Part shown: positions 14,821 through 27,957 of the stretch, piece by piece | Numbering within the stretch: position 1 is the first letter of the stretch | Layout of the letters: the number at the start of each line of letters is the position of its first letter | From: Blastocystis sp. Blastoise | Lineage: Eukaryota; Protista; Bigyra: Opalinata | Length of the DNA stretch: 64,000 nucleotides | Direction of reading: 5' to 3' | Assembly: GCA_039096225.1 (NCBI GenBank) | Contig: JBBPEB010000017.1 | Span: 496,001 to 560,000 of the forward strand | Position numbers and translations under genes: made by a program | Notes under the pieces: generated by a model | The model's input: the letters and a program-made list of their open reading frames with translations, nothing else | What the model was told of the DNA's origin: nothing | Databases searched by the model: none

Positions 14821-16591
14821 ATGAGTGGAATACCATAATTATTGATCTGTTTGATTTCCAAGGGGAGCCAGTGCATAATGATTCTCTTGACACACCCTTC
14901 GTCATTGATTACGACACCTCTGTCAGCTCTGCAATTGTTTCCAATAAATATCAATATATTAACAATAAACATATATTTATGTATATATATATATCAATTA
15001 TTCTATATTAATAAACTACTTATATATATATAGGTATAAGATTAGTATGGTGTCTTATATTCCTCTTCAACTTTTTGTCTATTTCCCGCGGGAAACTAAA
15101 AGATATGATTTAGAGCTCTTTGAAGTGAATATAATGAATACCGTTAATACAGCAGGAGTTAGATGGTATATATAGCTATATATATATAGTTATATATATA
15201 TATTTATTTAAATTTTATTATCTATGTTAAAAACTAAAAATAATTCATTAATATATATTAATATATATATAGTAAAACAGATTCTTCTTATTCGTTACCA
15301 GCAAGTGACGAGCCGATGTCATCACATCAGATCACGTGCACATTTGATATTTGTTTACCGTAATTATATATATTTGTTTTTGTTGTGATTATTATTAGTA
15401 ATATATAATTACTTTATTATTATTGACACATATATTTAGTGTTCAATTCTTAACGTCAAGTATTAGTGTTTCTCCAAATATAACGGATATGAACAGCTAT
15501 TCTTCTGACTTAACAATTACACATATAGAGTATATATTTAAGATTATGTATTATATTATATATATCATATATAATATATATATATATATATTATATATTA
15601 TATATATATTATATTATATATTTTATATATTATATTTATTATATATATATTATATATTATATAGAAGTACAAATTGTTATATTCGGTTTATTGTATATGA
15701 TAAGCATGTACAAACTACTTCTTTATATGTTTATATATATAATCAAATTATCTCGAATCGATTTACTGTGAATATTGAACCAAGTAAATTTATATATATA
15801 TATATACATATATATATACATATATAATAGGTGTATTTCATGAACTTATTGTTGATATAATGAGTTATGGTGGTCCCGCGGGAAAAGTGTTTACTGAAGA
15901 AGCAACATCGGTCGATATTTATGGAAATCCTATGTATGTTATTATATATATATATATATACCATTATTTTTTATAATATTAATATATATATATAGTAAAA
16001 TAAATATAGATGATTATATTATAATTATAAAACACAAGAATACAAATACACCTGTTGAGTTGTATATACTATATATATATATTAATAATAATATAATTAT
16101 ATATATATATATTACTATATATATATATAGTAAATATCGTATGATTACAGATTCATATAGAGTCAAGTGTCTTTTGTACGATATACAACCTATATATAAA
16201 GATCCACTCAAAAAATATGTTGTATATATATATATATATTTTTTTTTTTGCTTTGTATATTTATATATGACTAATTATAACTTTATATAACTATATATTA
16301 CTATATATAATTATATATAACTAAATATAATTCTATACAACAAAATATAATTATATATTATTATATACAACTACATCTAATTATATATAGTCGTATAGTT
16401 CTATTTCAAATCTCTATGTTGATGGTCATTTATCTTCCTATATATTCACACAAGCTTTCTATATAGAGAATAGTGATATATATATAGATATAAATACTAT
16501 CACATCCACTGTTTATTTTAATGATAATAGTATATATTATTATTATTTATTATTATTATTATTATTATTATTTGTTTATTATTTATTAATT

Positions 16592-16664
<73 letters not shown>

Positions 16665-17962
16665 TTATTTATTTATATTTTTTTATATTTATTTATTTAT
16701 TTTTTTATTTATATTTATTTATTTATTTATATTTATTTATTATTATTTATTTATTTATTATATAGATGGAACAGTATTTATATACCTTTCTCTTCATCCA
16801 ATTTCTCCTGCACATTATTTGTCCATCAATAATTTCGAACAAACACCTTTTATTGTTCATGTATATATATATTATATATATATATTATATATATATATTA
16901 TATATATATATTATATATATATATAGATATATGACAATGATCAAGAGTTAGTTTCTGTCACTCATCAAGAATTCTCATGTATATATACATATATATTATA
17001 TATATATACAAGAATATAATATATATATATATATATATAGATGCCCTTACTAATAATATTTTCAGTTCCGCGGTTATTCCCGAATTTAATTCCTCGAAGA
17101 TATATACAATTAAGGTGACTCTATACAATCAATTATTACCAAGTGCTACTAGTATATATATATATATATTATTATTATTATTATTATATTTATATATATA
17201 TATATTATTATTATTATATATATATATATATAGCTGTATTTAGATATTCTAATAATAATCCATCTCCTGCCACTTCTATCGCTTTCTATTCATTCGATAC
17301 TCTCTATGCAGGTATATATATATATAACATTTATATATATCAAATATATAACATATATATAACATATTTACAACATAAATATAGGTATTTCGTTTTCATA
17401 TACTGTTTATTTAATGAATAATGAACATGAATATATTACTCAAAATACAGAAATTGAAAACCCCTATGAATTCAGTTCGACCGTTACGAATTCTGATGGA
17501 ACACAATTAACGTGTAATAAATTATTTTATGAAAAAGGAGTCAACATCACGTGCTTGTCTTTTAAAAGTGGTATATATATTGATGAATATATATTATAAT
17601 ATATATAATAAATAGAATATAATAAACAATGTTTATTATGTATTAATAAATACTATTATAGGTACAATTACTATATTTACAACTATTCATAATGTTATTA
17701 TTCAAAATGGAAATAAAACCGCGGTTATTTATAGTGGTCAAGTGAACTATTTGTATATATATACTTTTTCCATTATTATTTATATATATTATTATATATA
17801 TATAGAAAAACAAAAATATCTATATATAATCATTGTAAGAAAGACACGTGCTATTTGATGACGCATACCTACGTACCACATGTTAAATATATACATTTTT
17901 ATTTGTTTGATATTTACGGGAATCCTCTCTTTTATCCTCCAGAAACTACTTATATACCCCCA

Positions 17963-18054
<92 letters not shown>

Positions 18055-18108
18055 TAGCATATATTGGTGTTACTTCTATTTCTGGATCGAATAGAATATG
18101 GTATTATA

Positions 18109-18158
<50 letters not shown>

Positions 18159-19840
18159 TATATAGTATATATAAACATATATATATATATAGTATATCAC
18201 TATGCCTGGTTCTCAGTATATATATATTCTCAATTATCAGTCGTTCCCCGCGATTAATTCATACACTATGGTTATATCTATGAATACTACAAATATCTTC
18301 AGTTTTAAGTAACTATTATATATATTTATATATATTATATATATTTATATATATATATATTTATATCTATTTATATATATAATAAATTTAGTGCGAAAAC
18401 TCTCCCGGGACATGACGCGTCCACTAATTCTGTTATATCTGTAACGCCAATTCCTGACACATTCTCCGAATTCACATTTAAAGCAATTCTGTTGGATATT
18501 GCTGGAATTCCATTCAATTATATTTCCTATTTTTATGTATTTTATTATTTTTAAATGTTACTATTTTCTATATATATAGGTGACATTTTCCCATGGGAAT
18601 TATTCTTTTGATCATTATATATATAATACTTTATTTGAAAACAATCACTTTGAGTATATATATATATTTGTGTATATTCATTCATTTTAATATATATTAA
18701 ATTAATTACTATTTATTATATTGATTATTATTTATTATATATATTCTTAAGATATAATTTTTCACTAAATCTTGTTGGCACGTGGGTCGTTACACCAAAG
18801 TTAGTTTCCGTTGTTGATAATACAACCGTTGAAAAGATATTTACTCCAATCACTGTTGAATCGCACGTGACAACCCTCAATCTAGAAGCGACTCTTTATA
18901 AACGTATATATATATGTATTTATATATATTTATATTTATATTTATATTTATATTTATATTTATATATAGGGGTTATTGATGTCCAAACACAAAATCTAGT
19001 TCAATTTCAGTTCTTTTCAACTATGGGTGAATCTGTATGAATATATATATATACATATCTTTTCTTTTCATTAGCTTTTCTTGATTTTTGTTTCTTTCAG
19101 CTCTCTCTCTATATATATCGAATTATATAATTATATATATCTATATATATCTATATACATATATATGTAGATATGACTATATATATGACTTATATAACTA
19201 TATATATATATAATTATATATATATAACTATACATATAACTATATATATATATAATTATATATATAACTTATATAACTATATATATATATATAGAATGAT
19301 ATATATATATAACTATACATATAACTATATAATATAATTATATATATAACTATATATATATAGGATACATTAAATGGTGATTTTACTTGTTTTTATCTTT
19401 ATCGTATTGATGGAGATAGTTATATATATGATTATGTATATATATTTATATATATAACTATGAATAACAATATTTAGATATATACTAAGCCTCAATTGTG
19501 TTCCATTGTGAACGGAATACTATCTCTAGGATCCCTCCCTATCTATATAGAAGGAAGAGTATATGTATATATGTCTATAAATAAAGATTATTACTTACAA
19601 ATTAACCGTGATTATATCTCATTTCATGGAAGAAAAGAGAAATGTGAATATAGATCCAATAAAAACAAATATTATCATCTTTCAAACAATACTGTAAATT
19701 AATATTTTATTTCTATATATATATATATAGTGTATGAATGAACCTGAATTATTGTGTCCCTATGGACAGAAATTGTGTTTCAATGGCTCGTGCGTTGATT
19801 TAACTTCAGAATGTGACTGTCCACCAGGTTATAAAGATAA

Positions 19841-19878
<38 letters not shown>

Positions 19879-20924
19879 TATATATATAATTATATTTCAT
19901 TATATATATATAGGTACATATAGATCTCCTCTTGCTCCTCTTTATATTCCCATAAATATTGACAAAATATGTGTACGAAAGGTCAAATGTCCCGCTGGGA
20001 GAACGATTCTTTGTGGTGATGGACGATGCGTCAGTGATCCCTCACTTTGTAATACAATTATCACGTGTCCTTTGAGTATGTTTTATATATATATAAATGA
20101 ATATATTAATATAGATACATTATTATGCCCAAATCAATATCAATGTGTTTTCCCCGCGAATATTCATCAATGTATACGACCGTTGAATATAAATGAAGAA
20201 AAAGTCTCTGATAATTCTATTATTCCCACGGTTATCTCAAATAGAAGCTTATTCAATTCTTCTCTTCTTCTTCCTGTTGCAAACAACACAAATGTTGTTA
20301 AAGAATTATTTGATTTCGGGAGCTCGTGCGATGTAACACAATTAGAACCACAATTATGTACTGGTGGTTATATATCACGTAACTGTATCCAAGACTGCCC
20401 ATCCCTTGTATATATATTTATATATATTATTATTATTATTAAATGTTTTTTATATTATCATGATTATTAATTAGTTTTTATATTATATTATATTATTATT
20501 ATTATATTTTTGTTAATCCTTTTAAAGCTATATATATATATATATAGCCACGATGCCCTCCTTCAATGTTTTTATGTCCTGATTATACGTGTGTTGGGAA
20601 TTATTCTTATTGCACTGTATATATCTATTTATATTTATTCTATATACATATTAATAATAATCATTATATATATATATGTATAGAATTCAAACTGTTTATA
20701 TTCTACATCGGCTTGTCCATTCTCTGCGGGATGTGTAGATTCCCCCGCGGAAATGTACAGGAATTGCCCTCTATTTCCTTCTTGTCCACCAGAAACCTAT
20801 TTAGGCCTCAATTTTAATTGTGTTCCGATATCCAGGGAGTTAACGACAGTCACATGTGCTACAGACATGATTTTGTGCCCAGGCGGTTATTGTGCATTTT
20901 CAAGGGTTTCATGCGGTCAATTTG

Positions 20925-20957
<33 letters not shown>

Positions 20958-21477
20958 TACCTTCTATATTAAAAACTATATGACAGTTATTTCGTATAAT
21001 ACTTTTATTTACATATATATATATAGTTTGTATGTCCAGAAGGATATGTTCGATGTTCTGATTGGTCATGTGCAGAACACTATTATTTGTGTCCCAAAAA
21101 TACTTATTGTCCAAACGATTTGGTATACTTTTATTATTTATTATTTTATATATATATTTAGTATCAATGTCCTGACGGAGTATGCGTCATTTCCCCAGAT
21201 TTGTGTTCCCCTTTGTATTCCTGTCCGTTAGATGCCCCTGTTTTATGTGTTAACCGCATGTGCGTCACCGATATATCGGAGTGTGACGCGCCAGAAACAT
21301 GTCCAGAGGAAACACCCATTCGTTGTAGTAATGGTATATATATATATACATATACATATATATATATCTATATACAATATACTATATATATATAGGTGCA
21401 TGTGTATCATTTATTTCTTCTTGTTCCCCGCGAATAAGATGTCCTAAAGAGTATCCTACTCTTTGTTATGATAATAC

Positions 21478-21533
<56 letters not shown>

Positions 21534-22420
21534 AAAAATCTATATTTCACTATTTTATATATAGTTGTCAGATTTCTCCATTATTTTGTCGGATATTATC
21601 TCCGTGTCCCGCGGGAATGGTGCGATGTGCTGATAAGAGTTGTGTTTCTTCTCTTTCCTTATGTAGTACGATTCCCGTGGGAAATAACTTGGATATACAC
21701 TGTTATGATAATAGTTACCGTGAGTATAATTTTGAGTCCTTTTTATATACACATATGAAAGAAGAATCAAAAATCAATTTAAATTTTTATAATAATATTA
21801 TATTATTTAATAAAACTATGGATATTGAATCCGATAATCTGTTACCATCCCTCTATGCGTCAATCATGATGACGCAGCTTGCTAGTGAAGATGGATATTC
21901 GAAAGAAAAGCAAGGATTTATGGAGGCATGTGTTGATAACTATATTCTTAAGGTATATATATATATATTATTTATTATTAATGTAATGATTATTTATTAT
22001 TTATATATTGTTAATGTAAAAATTATATATTTTTATATATTGTTAATATAATAATTATAATTTTTATTTATATATTGTTAATGTAAAAAATCATATATAT
22101 TTTATATATTGTTAATATAAAATTATAACAACTATAATGATTCATCTGTAAACATTTATATATAATGAAAATTGTATTTTGTTCTACATATATAAATAGC
22201 ATATAAACACATGTTATTGTTATTATATTCCTGAAGTTGAATGGTGTGATGGTGTTTGTGTTTCCAAAGGCACGTGTGCACAGAGCGAATCAGATTCTTG
22301 GTATGAATGTATTTTATTTATTATGTCTCGAGCTATCAAATATTGCAAAAATCAGTATATATACATATATATTATACATATTATTATTTTTATTTAATAT
22401 TACTTATATTATTACTATTC

Positions 22421-22455
<35 letters not shown>

Positions 22456-24308
22456 TTCAAATATACCCTTGTCCTTTTATATCTTCCTATTATATTGGTG
22501 TAAACAGCATTTTTATAAATAATAATAATATTTATCTTTGTCCCATGGGAGGATTAGTGACTCACCCTGTATTATGCGGTTCTCCCGTGATTTGTCCTTC
22601 TTCTCGTCCATTTCTTTTTCAAGGTAGATACTGCCTCCAACAAGAAAATAATTTTATTTCTATCTCAGAACCACGGGAAAAATGTGGTTTTGATCAACAT
22701 CAATGCCCTAATGGTATATATAAATAGTTAAATATGTATAAATACAATAAAATAGCATAAATATAATATATATATAAATATTATATATATAGGTGTTTGT
22801 TTTGATCTCGACAAATCATGTCCTGCAAATGTACTGTGTCCCAATGATACTCCTTATTTGTGTTCCGATCTCACGTGTGTTTCTGATGTAGATTTATGTG
22901 ATACGTCAACTGAGTCTAACGGCTATTATGTTAGCACGTGCAATGATGAAACGGCACTTTATGATAGTATATGTATTGATGACCATTATTGTATATATAT
23001 TATAAAATTATTATATTTATTGTATTTATGATCATATATGTTTTCTAAATGTTTATGATCATATATTTTTTCTATACATTTATTATTATATATATTTTCT
23101 ATACATTTATTATTATATATATTTTCTATATATTTATTATGATATATATTTTCTATATATTTACTATTATTAATATATATTTTCTATGTATTTATCATCA
23201 TCATCATCATATAGGCAGAGGGAATAATGGTGTATTGTGTCCTGATGACACGTGCCATTATATAACTTCAACCAATGATATCGATTTGTGTTATAATTCT
23301 ACAAAAATTACGTCAGAGTTTTTTTATACAAGTAATTCAATTATTCCGGCTTCTACAGACGTTACATCTGTATGTACGAATCCCCTCTATCGTCATTTGT
23401 GTTCCAGTGGATCATGTGTTCGTACAAGTTTATATTGTCCAATTGATATAGTCATGTGCCCACCCCCCTTGGCGTTAATTCGTTGTTTTGATGGTCAAAC
23501 CGTCTGTACTGTTGAATGTATATATATTATATATTATATATATTATATATAATATATATTATAATTATATCTATTATTATATTCATTATATTATTATATA
23601 TTATAATATATATTATGTATAGTATTAAGAGATCTTGTGTGTCCAAAAACACAAGAAGAAATAGCCTTTAATAATAGTTGTAAATCCCCGTGGGAAGTAT
23701 GCACATCATGGCAATGTCGGCTAGGACACACGTGTCCATTAGCCAATGGTTGTAGTGTAGATCGACCAATCAGATGTCGAAATGGAGATTGTGTTACTTC
23801 TCAAATAGAATGTCTTTCCCTTTCCATTTGTGGAGATGGAAACTATTTGTGTTCCGATAATGTTTGTGTTCATGACCTTCATGATTGTAACCGTCTTCCT
23901 GTCGTTAATTCGTACTGTCCCCTCAGTAAACCCGTACTGTGTCCCGATAAAACGTGCCAAGAATCAGAAGAAGGCGTATATATATAATATATTAATATAA
24001 TATATATTAATATTTATTATAAATAAAATAGAATATAGAATCATATAATATATATTTCATTTTTAGTGTCCAATCATTCCATTGTGTTCTTCTTCGACTC
24101 CCTATCGTTGTAATGATGGCACGTGTGTATTAAGCTTAGATTTGTGTTCCTCTGGAACCACGTGCGGTAAGAATTATACAATAAGATGTCATACAGGTCC
24201 AGACAGCGGAATATGTGTATCAAGTCTCCAGGAATGTAGAACGTCTCCTCTATCCTCAAATACGTATATATATATCTATATATATATAACACTAATGACT
24301 ATATTTCA

Positions 24309-24339
<31 letters not shown>

Positions 24340-24898
24340 GTTATTCAAGTGCTTGTCCTCCACTTCTTCCTGTTAAGTATATATAAGATCATGATTATTT
24401 TTATATATTCACTCATTTTATAGATGTCCCCGCGGGACTTGTGTAGTATCTAATTCTGATTGTCCTAATTATATCGATGATTATATTCTTACCAAGGAAC
24501 AAAATGGATATTATCGTTGTTCCACGGGAGAGTGGAAATTACTCAGTGAAGAATGTGATAATCCCGTGAATAAATGTCCAGGTCTATCTCCTTATCAATG
24601 TCCTGATCACACATGCGTTACTGTATATATAGAATTATATATACATAATTATTTAATAAATCTATATATATAAATATATATATTATTAAATCATATTACT
24701 ATATTTCGATCTATATAGAACATCACTAAATGTTCAACAAGTACGTTATGTAATGGATATGTTTGTGTTTCTGACGGTCGGTGTGTCACGTCAGCTGACA
24801 TGTGCGTCAATCATGTTGACTGTCCACCTGATTTCCCATTTCGTTGTTATGATGGATCATGCGTCACAACTTCTCCAACTCTTGGTATTCCTCTTTGC

Positions 24899-24939
<41 letters not shown>

Positions 24940-25386
24940 AATCTATAGACCCTATGTTACATGTCCCTCAGAAACCCCCTATTTGTGTGACGATGGCACG
25001 TGTGTTGCCCATAGTATCACATGTCTTGCGTTAGTTTATCCAATTACACAAGATATAGGAGATGTTATTCAAACAAATGGTGTCCTTGCATCTAAGCTTT
25101 TTCCCGCGGTTATTCGTGTGTCTCCTCTGTCTATTCTTGAACCATCATTTAAGTCATCGTATACTGCAGTCAATAATCACGTGATATCTCTATTCTCTTC
25201 GAATTCTACAACTGCATCAATAAACGACACAATAAAAACTATGCAACAATCTAATAATCGTGATTATTCTCCCTTTTTCTTCGATTGCCCATTCTCTCGA
25301 CCGCTTCTTTGCCCTAATGGACTTTGTGTTAAATTCCCACGGGAATGTGACGTTCATAGAAATATAAAATGTCCAAACTCTCATCC

Positions 25387-25423
<37 letters not shown>

Positions 25424-25482
25424 TGTATAATTCTATGTTATTAAATATCTATACTTATGTCTATAACTTATATGTATTCATG

Positions 25483-25544
<62 letters not shown>

Positions 25545-27916
25545 TCATATAATTAGATCTATGTTATAATAATGAGTGTGTCACTTCATATTTTAAGTGT
25601 CCAAAAGAAGAATGCCCCGCGGGAATGAACTCCTGTTGGGATGGATCTGTATATATATATATCATTATATATATATATATATTCATGAATTATTTATTGT
25701 TATCATTATAATATATATATATATAGTGTAGTAAATTATCATTATTATGTCCTCCTCTTCCTCTCTGTCCGTCTCCGCACCCCTACCGATGTCCCACGGG
25801 GGAATGTGTCCTTTTGGCAGAAGACTGCTCGTCTAGCATGCGTATATATATAGTAGTATTATATGTATAGTAGTATTATATATATATATATATATATTCC
25901 ATGAAAATATTCAATTCTCTTATTGTTTGTATTATACATATATATACAATCAGTGCCAAAACCTGACAACCCTTATCGTTTTCAATAGTTACGGGGAATT
26001 TTTTGACGCGGTTTTTTTTGTTTGAATTGTAATAACATGTAGAATATATTCTAGAAATTTCTAGAATATATAATTAGTGGTTTTGGAAAAACAGAAATTT
26101 TAATTGGAACACAATTACTCTGAGACCTTTTTTAACCCTTTAAAAATAGTTTTATTCTTTAAAAATAAGTTGTGTATGGGTAAATACGTCGTTATAACTG
26201 AAAGAGAGTTTAGAAAGATGATAAGAGACGGGTACACGGATGAACAGATTGCCATTCATTTTCATTGTTCGCTTAGAACTGTTGCCCGTAGAAGGTCCCA
26301 ATACAATATGTCCAAGTCAACTAAGAAAGGTGGAAGACCACAAGTTTTAACTCCTTCTAATTTACGAGAAATCAATAATATTGTCCCAAAAAGCTCTGAG
26401 AACTCTAGCGTTTTATTGGATATCTTCCAAAAGAAAACCGGTACTCATGTCTCAAAAAGGTCCTTTATTAGAGGACTCCATGCTGTTGGTTACGTCGCCA
26501 AAAAGAAGCTTCATAAACCACTCATATCGGAGAAAAATAGAAAAGTCCGATTGGATTGGTGTTTAAAATACCGAAATATGCCAATAAGTTTCTGGGAAAA
26601 CGTCCTCTGGTCTGACGAGTGTTCTATTAGAACACATCAATCAACCTTTCAAGAATACTATTGGAAGAAACCTGGTTCTCCAAATAAGCCGTCAGAAATC
26701 ATTCCAACCATGAAAAACGATGGAAAATCGATTATGATTTGGGGATGTATGACGCAACATGGTGCTGGTCAAATGGAGGTCCTTGATGGTCATGTGACAT
26801 CATTAAAGTATGGAGAAACTCTTGGTCGAACTCTTCCGTCAACCGTGGAAAAATTGCAAATTGACCCCAAAACTATGGTATTCCAACAGGATAATGCTCC
26901 TATTCACAAGTCAAAAAAGATGAATAGTTTCTTTAAAACTGCTCAACTTACAGTGATTGATTGGCCTCCACAGTCCCCAGACCTTAATCCCATTGAACAT
27001 CTTTGGGTCTATATTAAAAGAAGATTACAAAGAAATTCCCATTGCGGATATACTTTGAGTCAACTAAAGGTCGAAGTTGACAAGATATGGAGGTCAATAC
27101 CTGTAAATGTATGTGAAAGGCTTGTTTTATCAATGCCGAAAAGAATTGAGGCAGTAATAGCCAATAATGGTGGATTTACAAGATATTAATATTTGTGTTT
27201 CAATTCAAAAAAATGGTTTTTTAAATTTTTTTCCATGACGCTTATTTGTTTTGTTTCCCTGTTTTAATAGTCAATACAACCTTTGATGACAAATGACTTA
27301 ATAAAAAAAAAACAAAGAAAAACTCGCCAGTTTAAAAAAAAAACCGAGGTTGTCAGGTTTTGGCACTGATTGTAGTTCCTGTTTGCCCCTCAAACACTCA
27401 ATTGTGTCACGATCTCACATGTCGAATCACATGTCCACCTAGCTATTCTATTTGTCCTATTGGGAAAGGCACGTGTCCTGATGGTACTTGTTTTAATAAA
27501 TCTATTTTAGAATGTATATACATTATTTATTTATATATATTATTTATATATTTAATTTATACATATTATATATATGTAGGTACTCATGAAAATACATGTA
27601 ATAACAGTATTTATATATCTACAATATTTAAAGAAAATACGTTGACTCTTCCATCCAATGAATGCGTTAGTTTGTACTCTTATAAACATATGAATATATC
27701 TACTATTAGTATATATATATTATGTATTATATAGTATACACAATACATATTGTATTATATAGATTATGCTGAGAATATATTAAGAACTGTACCATTCCCA
27801 TTATTCATTCTCCCCGCGGGAATCCGTGATGTTTCAGTCGATGTTCTGGAAGTAAACCACATTCGTTATATATCTATATATATACCTGCAACAGTTTCTT
27901 CTAGAATGAGTATATA

Positions 27917-27957
<41 letters not shown>

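Larger units (their letters stand above)
25947..27372 (+). mobile_element. Full-length Tc1/mariner-superfamily DNA transposon (1426 bp) with perfect 25-bp TIRs and TA target-site duplication
   Basis: Left TIR CAATCAGTGCCAAAACCTGACAACC at 25947-25971; exact reverse complement at 27348-27372; TA at 25945-25946 and 27373-27374. Confidence 0.97.

Noticed and set aside
26104-26175. N-terminal extension of the transposase in the ORF track
   Set aside because: It starts at TTG; ATG 26176 gives a typical Tc1 length with the HTH at the start
27360-27375. ORF start MALIV suggesting a new gene after the transposon
   Set aside because: It lies in the right TIR; the downstream frame is an exon of the giant gene
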